Assembly (NCBI GenBank): GCA_002269645.1
Contig: NIVC01001272.1
Coordinates: 248,001 to 312,000 of the forward strand
Length of the DNA: 64,000 bases
Source of the DNA: Macrostomum lignano
Lineage: Eukaryota
Reading direction: 5' to 3'
In this document: piece by piece, positions 55,101 through 64,000 of the stretch
How positions within the stretch are numbered: position 1 is the first letter of the stretch
Layout: the number at the start of each line of letters is the position of its first letter
Position numbers and translations under genes: made by a program
Notes under the pieces: generated by a model
Told to the model about the DNA's origin: nothing
Databases searched by the model: none
Seen by the model: the letters and a program-made list of their open reading frames with translations, nothing else

Positions 55101-58100
55101 AAGGGTCAGAAAGCGGTGGAATTTTTCCTACCTCTGTCTCACAGGTTTTCTAAAGCAACCCCATAGCAACCACAAAAAACATCACAGTGACCCGATAGCA
55201 AATGAGTAACAAAAGCCATTAGGACATAACAACAACAAAAACAACAATATAGCAACGCCATAGCAACCCCATAGCAAACTTTTAGCAGCAACATAGCAAC
55301 CCCATAGCAACCCCACACGAGTTTAGCAGCCCATAGCAACTCCATAGCAACAACTTTACATAGCAACTAAGCAAACTCATAGCAACAACTTTACATAGCA
55401 ACGCCATAGCAACCCCATAGCAAAAACTTTACATAGCAACCCCATAGCAACCCCATAGCAACAACTTTACATAGCAACTAAGCAACCTCATAGCAACAAC
55501 TTTACATAGCAACCCCATAGCAACCCCATAGCAACCCCATAGCAACCCCATAGCAACCCCATAGCAACCCCATAGCAACCCCATAGCAACCCATAGCAAC
55601 CCATAGCAACCCCATAGCAACCCCATAGCAACCCCATAGCAACCCATAGCAACCCCATAGCAACCCCATAGCAACCCCATAGCAACCCCATAGCAACCCC
55701 ATAGCAACCCCATAGCAACCCCATAGCAACCCCATAGCAACCCCATAGCAACCCCGTAGACTCACACGGCAGAACATCGGTTTTCTCGCCTCCGCACGGC
55801 GCATTGAGATCCATCTCGGCAATTTTGTTCCTACCCAAACCGAACCGCTGACTCAAATAGTACAGATAAGTGTTATCAGGTGTCCACTCGTTGTACTGCA
55901 CTTTGGTGTGCACCAGTTTATAATCATACTTCTTCCTGAGCTTATAGGCAGGAAAATAGTTCTCCAACTGCTTGTTGCACCTGTCAATATCGGCTTGAGT
56001 CCCGCCGCGAATCTCCAGGATGCAAAATCGCATCGACTGTGAGCTGATCTTTCGAGTGAGCATCTTGTTGCACACGGAGAAGATGCACCGAGTTCGAGTG
56101 CAGGCCGCCTTGATGCGGGTGTCACTGACCATCTGCAGGGTCTGATCGCAGATCGGCATGATGTACTGCTCGCGAAATTTCATCTCCCGATAAGTCATGA
56201 TGGCGGTGTATTGTTTGTGCCGGCGTTTCTTGGAAATAATGCGATCAGATTGACAGTTTTAATATCTGTCTGTTATCATCGAAATCTTTGAGAATTTTAA
56301 AGCTGGATGTTCCAATTGCTTTGAGACATCGTAGGTTTGGCCATAGACTATGTCATTTATTGAGCAGCTTCTGAATAAGTGCTCTAGCAGGTTTTTGCAG
56401 ATTAAAATTTGTGCAATATAAAAGTTGCTCAGGCGTCAGCGGAATGGGCTGTCCCAATCCCAACTAACTAAACAAACTAAATTTAGACTTTTACAACCGT
56501 AGTTTAATTAGTTATACTTCTCTCCTATTGCAGACTTACAGTAACTGCCATGTGCCCAATGGACTTGACCTACTTCCCAATGGATGCGCAGATCTGTTCC
56601 GTGGAAATTGAAAGTTGTGAGTGAAAGAAAGTTTTTTCTACTCATTGAAGTGATGAATGATAAACCAAAATCCATAAGTTAAAAATTTATCGATCAAGAA
56701 TTGTGAATTGTAAATGTGCAAACCCAAGAAACTGTGAGTCTGCAAATTTGTGAATCTGTGAATCTGTGAATCTGTGAGTCTGTGAGTCTGTGAATCTGTG
56801 AATCTGTGAATCTGTGAATCTGTGAATCTGTGAATCTGTGAATCTGTGAATCTGTGAGTCTGAATATGTAAATCTGTGAATCTGTGAATCTGTAAATCTG
56901 TGAATCTGTGAGTCTGGGAATACAGTATGTAAATCTGTGAATCTGTGAGTCTGGGAATACAGTATGTAAATCTGTGACTCTGTGAGTCTGTGAATATGTA
57001 AATCTGTGAATTTGTGAATATGTAAATCTGTGAATCTGTGAATCTGTGAATCTGTAAATCTGTGAATCTGTGAGTCTGTGAATCTGTGAATCTGTGAGTC
57101 TGTGAATCTGTGAATCTGTGAATCTGTTAATCTGTAAGTCTGTGAAATATGTCAATCTGTGAACCTGTGAATCAGTAAAGCTGTGACATCTGTACATACT
57201 CCCTCACGCCCTCCCCACTCCCAGTCGGCTACACAACAAAGGACATTCGCTATCACTGGGATGTGGTGAAGCCTCTAGAGGTGTCCGAGGATGTCCGCCT
57301 GCCGCAGTATGTTGTCCGAGGCAAACGGAAGAAAATCAAAGAGGTGGCCCTGTCAACTGGTGAGACTCTTGTCTGAGACCTGCTCACGATTATGAGTCCT
57401 CATAACTGTGTAACCGCATTTGACTTGTTCAAGGGAAGCAGAAGGTCGAGAGGATGATTCAAAGCCAAAGGTTGAGGGATAATTAGCAGTTGATAATTGA
57501 GTGAATGAAATAGTTAAAAACAGGGTAGATATTGGGTAAAGAGAGTGGGAGAGGAAGTTAAAAAGTTTGATACATGGGGCAGAGACTAGAAGGAAGGGAG
57601 CAAGTAAGAGTATATAGAAGAAAGTCGAGAAGGTAGATAAAAGAGAGTAAAGAGGGTAGATAGAAGAGAGTAGAGAAGTAGATAGAAGAGAGTAGAGAGG
57701 GTAGATAGAATAGAGTAGAGAAGTAGATAGAAGAGAGTAGAGAAGGTAGATAGAAGAGAGTAGAGAGGGTAGATAGAATAGAGTGGAGAGGGTAGATAGA
57801 ATAGAGTAGAGAAGTAGATAGAAGAGAGTAGAGAGGGTAGATAGAATAGAGTAGAGAAGTAGATAGAAGAGAGTAGAGAAGGTAGATAGAAGAGAGTAGA
57901 GAGGGTAGATAGAATAGAGTGGAGAGGTAGATAGAAGAGAGTAGAGATGGTAGATAGAAGAGAGTAGAGAGGGTAGATAGAATAGAGTAGAGAAGTAGAT
58001 AGAAGAGAGTAGAGAAGGTAGATAGAAGAGAGTAGAGAGGGTAGATAGAATAGAGTGGAGAGGTAGATAGAAGAGAGTAGAGATGGTAGATAGAAGAGAG

Positions 58101-60053
58101 TAGAGAGGGTAGATAGAATAGAGTAGAGAAGTAGATAGAAGAGAGTAGAGAAGGTAGATAGAAGAGAGTAGAGAGGGTAGATAGAAGAGAGTAGAGATGG
58201 TAGATAAAAGAGTGTAAAGAGAGTAGATAGAAAGGGTAGATAGGGTAGATAGAAGAGAGTAGAGAAGGTAGATAAAAGGGAGTAGAGAGAGTGGATAAAA
58301 GGGAGTAGAGAAGTAGATAGAAGAGAGTAGAGAAGTAGATAGAAGAGAGTAGAGAGGGTAGATAGAAGAGAGTAGAGACGGTAGATAGAAGTAAGTAGAG
58401 AGTGTAGATAGAAGAGAGAAGAGAGGTCGATACGAGTAGAAGAGAGAAGAGAAGGTAGATAAACGAGAGGTAGAGAGTGTAAATGGAAGAGAGTAGAGAG
58501 GGTAGATAAAAGGGGGTAGATAGAGGGGCAGACATTGGTGGATAATGTTTGGAAAGCCAGTATTTAGAAGCCGTTAAATTAAAAATACTTCGGTGGTATC
58601 AGAAAACCAGTACAAAACCAACCGGCTCTCTCCCCAAACCTACCCAGGCAACTACTCTCGCTTAGCGGCAGAGTTCTACTTCGCCAGGAGCATGGGCTAC
58701 TATCTAATCCAGATCTACATACCCAGCACTCTGATTGTGGTCCTCAGCTGGGTCAGCTTCTGGTTGTCAAGGACTGCCGTGCCCGCCAGGGTGGCTCTGG
58801 GTGAGCTGATCAGCTGCTGGTGGCCAAGGGTTGTTGCTCAAGCTGTCTTAAGTTGAATTTAGAAAATTTTCCCAGAATACTTTAGTAGGTAGAGAATTAG
58901 GGATTTGGTGTACTTTTAACATTTTTATTTCGACTTTTTATACAAGAGGTTAGCGAGCTGTTCCAAGTCAATGCTGTACATCTCTCCTTCTCACCCTCTG
59001 TCCCTCTCTCTTCCTCTCTCCCCCTACCCTACTTCCTCTCTCTTCCTCTCTCCCTCTACCCCACTTCCTCTACCTTCCTCTCTCCCTCTACCCTACTTCC
59101 TCTACCTTCCTCTCTCCCTCTACCCTACTTCCTCTACCTTCCTCTCTCCCTCTACCCCACTTCCTCTCTCTTCCTCTCTCCCCCTACTCTACTTCTTCTA
59201 TCTTCCTCTCTCCCCTACCCTACTTCTTCTATCTTCCTCTCTCCCCCTACCCTACTTCTTCTATCTTCTTCTATCCCTCTACCCTACTTTCTCTATCTTC
59301 CTCTCTCCCTCTACCCTACTTTCTCTCTCTTCCTCTCTCCCTCTCTCACTCGCTTTTCAATCAATACTTCTAATTTCAACCCTCCCGTCCATTTCCCCAT
59401 CCTGAATTTAATCCCGCTCCGACAATTTTCGCTAGCATTCCTCTATCGCGCAGCAACACCTCCCACCCTGCGAATCCCCAGGCATCACCACAGTGCTCAC
59501 CATGACAACGCTGATTTCATCAACAAACGCAGCCCTGCCTAAGATAAGCTACCTGAAATCAATTGACGTATTTCTGGTCACCTGCTTCTTCATGGTGTTC
59601 GCATCCCTTCTTGAGTACGCCGCGGTCAGTTACATCGCTAAACGAACAGCTGATTTAGATAAATCTTCTAGAAGGCAGCAACAGCAAGAGCAACAGCCGA
59701 TTGAACAACAGGAACAACAGCAGCAGCAACAGCAACAGCAAACTCCAGTGTTGAACAGCGTCAATCTGCATCAGTTCGACATGATTGACGATGACTCTGG
59801 CAGTCAGGGCAACCCTCTCGCCGAGTCCAATGCCTCTGCTAGCTTTCCTCTGATTGGTCAGCCAGGGGTCTGCTTTCAGACCCAGCAGCAGCAGCAGCAG
59901 CAGCCGCCACCTGCGGCATCCAACAGCATCAGAGGTGGAGCCGCCACTTTGAAGCGAAGGTGTCCGCCCTCCCAGCAGCAGAGTTTGAACTGCGAGTCTG
60001 GCAGAACTCAACCAGATGCTCTGCATGAGGAGACGCCGTTTCTGGCGCAGACT
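46122..60053 (+). CDS. Rdl: Rdl-like GABA-gated chloride channel subunit (Cys-loop), 3'-partial; join(46122..46282,47020..47141,47475..47545,50264..50508,56534..56616,57225..57359,58648..58800,59482..60053); M4 exon beyond the window
   Basis: Signal peptide, then [34 protein letters not shown], Cys-loop [28 protein letters not shown]1 [11 protein letters not shown]2 [30 protein letters not shown] and M3 [20 protein letters not shown]. All splice phases are compatible, and the 83- and 153-nt exons match conserved GABA-receptor exon sizes. The last donor (60053) is uncertain. Confidence 0.9.
46310..46725. repeat. 12-bp repeat (CATGAGTGAGTT)n, Rdl intron 1
   Basis: Tandem copies; each contains GTGAGT. 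Confidence 0.92.
47170..47415. repeat. 23-bp repeat (GTGTTGAGTAGGGAGAGGCCCGA), Rdl intron 2
   Basis: About 10 tandem copies. Confidence 0.9.
47630..47992. repeat. 15-bp repeat (GAGACACATGACAAT), Rdl intron 3
   Basis: About 24 tandem copies; produces the spurious MTMRH/HCHVS ORFs. Confidence 0.92.
48630..49080. repeat. 40-bp repeat (TCTGATTGGCTGGAAGCGGAGTGGGATGGATGGTTTTGTC), Rdl intron 3
   Basis: About 11 near-identical copies. Confidence 0.93.
49560..50222. repeat. 46-bp repeat (GCCGTCCCTGATTTGCTGCAAGCAAGGGAGTGAGGTGGGTGTCATG), Rdl intron 3
   Basis: About 14 copies, period 46. Confidence 0.92.
50735..51430. repeat. (GTGAGA)n/(GTGACA)n/(GA)n compound microsatellite, Rdl intron 4
   Basis: Hexamer runs with a gradient of variants. 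Confidence 0.9.
51850..52400. repeat. 21-bp repeat (CTGTGAATGCGAATAGGGGAC), Rdl intron 4
   Basis: Tandem copies, decaying after ~52260. Confidence 0.88.
53261..53735. repeat. 16-bp repeat (GCCCCTTGGTGCTAAA)n, ~29 almost perfect copies
   Basis: Period 16, with one copy lacking a C. Confidence 0.95.
54140..54560. repeat. 42/47-bp repeat (GGAGTGAGGTGG(G)TGTTATAGCTAGTCTTTGTTATCG...)
   Basis: Tandem copies; shares the core GGAGTGAGGTGGGTGT with the 46-bp repeat. Confidence 0.85.
54686..56198 (-). CDS. Unrecognised protein, 260 aa; complement join(55766..56198,54686..55035); nested antisense in Rdl intron 4
   Basis: Two high-complexity, GC-rich open frames are joined in frame (phase 1) by a GTGAGT...CCCGCAG intron filled with an 11-bp repeat. 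The start has GCCATCATG context; an upstream exon cannot be excluded. Confidence 0.7.
55250..55755. repeat. 11-bp repeat (CCCCATAGCAA)n, i.e. (GGGGTTGCTAT)n on the nested gene's sense strand
   Basis: Tandem copies inside the nested gene's intron. Confidence 0.92.
56740..57180. repeat. 8-bp repeat (TCTGTGAA/TCTGTGAG)n, Rdl intron 5
   Basis: Tandem copies. Confidence 0.9.
57600..58520. repeat. Purine-rich ~20-24-bp repeat (AGATAGAAGAGAGTAGAGA(G)GGT), Rdl intron 6
   Basis: Degenerate tandem copies. Confidence 0.85.
58980..59345. repeat. Pyrimidine-rich degenerate repeat (CTACTTCCTCTACCTTCCTCTCTCCCT), Rdl intron 7
   Basis: Degenerate tandem copies. Confidence 0.8.
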
Positions 60054-61024
60054 GTGAGAACCATGGGGCTGAGCCTTGCTGAAGCAGTGAATGGATAGAT
60101 TAGCAATCCATTCTATTCCTGCATTCATATTGGAGAGATAGATTAGCAATCCATTCTATTCCTGCATTCATATTGGAGAGATAGATTAGCAATCCATTCT
60201 ACTCCTGCATTCATATTGGAGAGATAGATTAGCAATCCATTCTATTCCTGCATTCATATTGGAGAGATAGATTAGCAATCCATTCTATTCCTGCATTCAT
60301 ATTGAAGAGATAGATTAGCAATCCATTCTATTCCTGCATTCATATTGGAGAGATAGATTAGCAATCCATTCTATTCCTGCATTCATATTGAAGAGATAGA
60401 TTAGCAATCCATTCTATTCCTGCACTCTTATTGAAGAGATAGATTAGCAATCCATTCTATTCCTGCACTCTTATTGAAGAGATAGATTAGCAATCCATTC
60501 TATTCCTGCATTAATATATTGAAGAGATAGATTAGCAATCCATTCTATTCCTGCATTCATATTGGAGATATAGATTAGCAATCCATTCTATTCCTATATT
60601 CATATTGAAGAGATAGATTAGCAATCCATTCTATTCCTGCACTCATATTGAAGAGATAGATTAGCAATCCATTCTATTCCTGCACTCATATTGAAGAGAT
60701 AGATTAGCAATCCATTCTATTCCTGCACTCATATTGAAGAGATAGATTAGCAATCCATTCTATTCCTGCACTCATATTGAAGAGATAGATTAGCAATCCA
60801 TTCTATTCCTGCATTCATATTGGAGATATAGATTAGCAATCCATTCTATTCCTATATTCATATTGAAGAGATAGATTAGCAATCCATTCTATTCCTGCAT
60901 TCATATTGAAGAGATAGATTAGCAATCCATTCTATTCCTGCATTAATATATTGAAGAGATAGATTAGCAATCCATTCTATTCCTGCATTCATATTGGAGA
61001 TATAGATTAGCAATCCATTCTATT

Positions 61025-62921
61025 CCCGCCGGGCTGAATTTAGCCGTCTTTTATCCGATGCGTTGTCCGGAGTTTAATCCGGCAGGAATAGCAAATTTAC
61101 ATGCAAAAAAACGGACGAAAACCGGATGAAAGTGTTGAAAATATGACGTTTATCCGGTTTGGTATCCGGCTGTGTGTCCGGTTATTGCCCGATAAGTAAT
61201 CCGGAGGAAGCCGGATGGGAGAGCGGAGCCAATTCCGGATGAAAACCGGATGAAATGTATGGATGTTACAGCCGGATAAGAAACCGGAGCCATTTCCGGA
61301 TCAAATGTATGGATACCTGTATACTGTCGTCGGATAATAATGGACATTCTAGATGCTTATTACTCAGCCTTAATTTGTGCTCTTTACAGCGGCTTCCAAA
61401 GGTTTGGCACAAAAATTGCACTATGTGGCGGCTATTATAGCTACGGCTCCTGCTCCTATCTATAGCTGCTGCTCCTGCTATGATTCTGCTCGTATCTGTA
61501 TGAACAAGCGAGGAGCTCTAGAGAAGCTTACTAGTAGAAAGCTTTCGGCAGGGGCGCGTCCAGAGGTTTCAGGATGGGGGGCCGATCAGGAGAGGGGAGA
61601 GAAGAGAGAGGAAGGATGAAAGAAGAGAGAAGAGATGAGATAGGAGAGATGAAAGAGGGGAAAGGAGAGATGAGAGAGCAGAGACAAGAAATGTGACAGT
61701 AGAGCTAGAACAGAGGAGAGAGGAGAGGGAAGAGAAATATGTGAGAGCAGACATGAGAGACAGTGGGAGACAAGTGGAGTGGATGGGAGGAGAAAGGAGA
61801 AAAAAGGGGGGGGGAGAATCGAGAGGACAAGAAGAGAGGGGAAGGGAGAGAAGAGGGAGGAGAGGAAAGAGAAGAATGGAGAAGGGAGAGAGTAGAAAGA
61901 AGAGGAGATGGGAGAGCAGGAGAGGTGAGGGATGAGAGGGAGGAGAGAGTAGAGACGAAAGAGAAGAGGTGAGGGAAGATGGACGAGAGAAGAGGGGAGA
62001 TATAAGCGAAAATAATTCCGGGGATCAGAATTCCACATGTTCAAAATCCGCGGGTTTCAACAGCTAAGGTAAAAAAACTGAAAGTGGGGGGCCAATGGGG
62101 GGCCCATGGCTTTACAGGGGGGGCCTGGGCCCCCTAGCCCCCCCCCCTTGGACGGGCCACTGGCTTTCGGTAATTAAAACAGAGGATTATAAAGGCTTTA
62201 ATCGAAACAGTAAGGCGATCTATATAACTTTTATCCCAACACATACATGGGCGAATGCCGCTGAAAAAAATTGTAGGGCCAGCGCCAGTTTAATTAGATG
62301 CAAATATTTCCAACGGGTATTGTAAACAGTACAATAAATAGACATGGCATGATCAATAAAATTTCCTGTCAACATTGATGCCCGGTGGCATCTGGTTAAT
62401 AGATTCGGGTACAGAAGTAAACAACGGGCACATGTCCAATCGGCAGTCTTTTCCGTGGTATTTGAGCCGCAGTCCGCGTTTTGCTTCTCCCGGTCCATTT
62501 TTGAGCCTTGTGCGCTGAAAATTGACATTGACTTCAAGTGAACTCCCTCATCCGGATTTTGTCCGTTTCACTATCCGGAAGTTTATCACTGTAAGCCGGA
62601 TTCACAGCCGGATAAAAAACCGGAACAACTCCGGGTAGAAAGTTATGATTCATCCGACTTTCATCCGCTTCTTATTCCGGTTGGCAGTCCGGTTTTCATC
62701 CGCTGATCGACCGGAGCAGGAATCGGACACAATCCGGATAAAATGTGATCAATAAAAACACTTTAATCCGGTTTTGCTCCGGAGTTTCCTCCGTTTGTTA
62801 GTCCGGTAAGAACTGCCGGATCAAAACCGGATAAAAATTCATTTTCGTCCGGAAAAGTCTAAAATTACGGATTAAACCGGATGAAGGCCGGGTAAATACC
62901 GGGTACCGACAGCCAGGCGGG
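61025..62921. mobile_element. Non-autonomous CACTA/EnSpm-like element
   Basis: TIR CCCGCCGGGCTG / CAGCCAGGCGGG (11/12), 2-bp TT duplication (61023-61024, 62922-62923), and dense ATCCGG/TCCGGA subterminal repeats at both ends. No transposase. The superfamily is inferred from the CCC termini and 2-bp TSD. Confidence 0.7.
61549..62162. mobile_element. hAT (Tip100-like) non-autonomous element nested in the CACTA-like element
   Basis: TIR CAGGGGCGCGTCCA / TGGACGGGCCACTG (12/14), perfect 8-bp TSD GCTTTCGG at 61541-61548 and 62163-62170, and a purine-rich interior. Confidence 0.85.
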
Positions 62922-64000
62922 TTCCTATATTCATATTGAAGAGATAGATTAGCAATCCATTCTATTCCTGCACTCATATTGAAGAGATAGATTAGCAATC
63001 CATTCTATTCCTGCACTCATATTGAAGAGATAGATTAGCAATCTATTCTATTCCTGCACTCATATTGAAGAGATAGATTAGCATTCCATTCTATTCCTGC
63101 ATTCATATTGGAGATATAGATTAGCAATCCATTCTATTCCTATATTCATATTGAAGAGATAGATTAGCAATCCATTCTATTCCTGCACTCTTATTGAAGA
63201 GATAGATTAGCAATCCATTCTATTCCTGCACTCATATTGAAGAGATAGATTAGCAATCCATTCTATTCCTGCATTAATATATTGAAGAGATAGATTAGCA
63301 ATCCATTCTATTCCTGCATTCATATTGGAGATATAGATTAGCAATCCATTCTATTCCTATATTCATATTGAAGAGATAGATTAGCAATCCATTCTATTCC
63401 TGCACTCTTATTGAAGAGATAGATTAGCAATCCATTCTATTCCTGCACTCATATTGAAGAGATAGATTAGCAATCCATTCTATTCCTGCATTCATATTGA
63501 AGAGATAGATTAGCAATCCATTCTATTTCTGCATTCATATTGGAGAGATAGATTAGCAATCCATTCTATTCCTGCATTCATATTGAAGAGATAGATTAGC
63601 AATCCATTCTAATTCTGCATTCATATTGGAGAGATAGATTAGCAATCCATTCTATTTCTGCATTCACATTAAAGAGATAGATTAGCACGTCATTTCTCAC
63701 TGCTCAAAAATCAATCAACATAATCAATAATCAGTAACAACACAGGATTTTTTGAAGCAAAACTCGATTTAAAAAATGCCAGAGAGAAAATATTTTATAT
63801 TTGTTAAGAATTTACGTAGAGCAACTCAAAAAACATTGAGAATCTGCAGCCGAAACGAATCAAACAAACCTGTAATCATTTCTACTCGATATTTTTGAGC
63901 AAGGTAAAAACATAACAAGCAACAACAGGCGGGCAGTTAAAAATATAATTCGGAGCAACTAAAAACCCGAAATCAAACTTCAAGCGCAAGAGAAAGACGG

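Larger units (their letters stand above)
60093..63685. repeat. 43-bp minisatellite (GAGATAGATTAGCAATCCATTCTATTCCTGCATTCATATTGGA), 60093-61024 and 62922-63685, split by a transposon
   Basis: Tandem copies on both sides of the insertion, which resume in phase. Confidence 0.93.

Noticed and set aside
55490-55755. Interstitial telomeric repeat
   Set aside because: The 11-bp unit does not match TTAGGG-type repeats, and it is one of many intronic minisatellites.
46130-58535. Repeat-derived ORFs ([42 protein letters not shown])
   Set aside because: Each coincides with an intronic tandem repeat of the Rdl or nested gene.

Overview
This is eukaryotic (animal) genomic DNA with spliced genes, GC-rich exons, AT-rich spacers and a different minisatellite in almost every long intron. 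That style suggests a Macrostomum-like free-living flatworm (inference, no search run). Six host genes can be assembled by hand: PHAX (12844-16011,+), PWP2/UTP1 (17740-22116,+, two single-base frameshifts), an intronless ADF/cofilin (22911-23321,+), a LIV-1-type ZIP/SLC39 transporter with degenerate metal-site motifs (40805-42947,-), an Rdl-like GABA-gated chloride channel subunit (46122-60053+, 3'-partial) head-to-head with the ZIP gene, and an unrecognised two-exon 260-aa gene nested antisense in Rdl intron 4 (54686-56198,-). Mobile DNA includes an intact RTE/RTEX-like LINE (3423-~7560,-), Gypsy, LINE-ORF1 and piggyBac relics, and several MITEs. About 9 kb of a 23/24-bp minisatellite (24187-40560) is interrupted by two young elements. 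One is a 5'-truncated LOA-like LINE (TAATG stop-start, APE-RT-RNaseH-CCHC, 15-bp TSD). The other is a complete hAT transposon (13-bp TIR, 8-bp TSD) with a spliced coiled-coil/NLS tail, which itself carries degenerate copies of the host minisatellite motif. A hAT MITE nested in a CACTA-like element sits in a 43-bp satellite in the last visible Rdl intron. No rRNA, tRNA or CRISPR arrays were seen. All exon models are manual reads of GT-AG sites and reading frame, not validated by transcripts.
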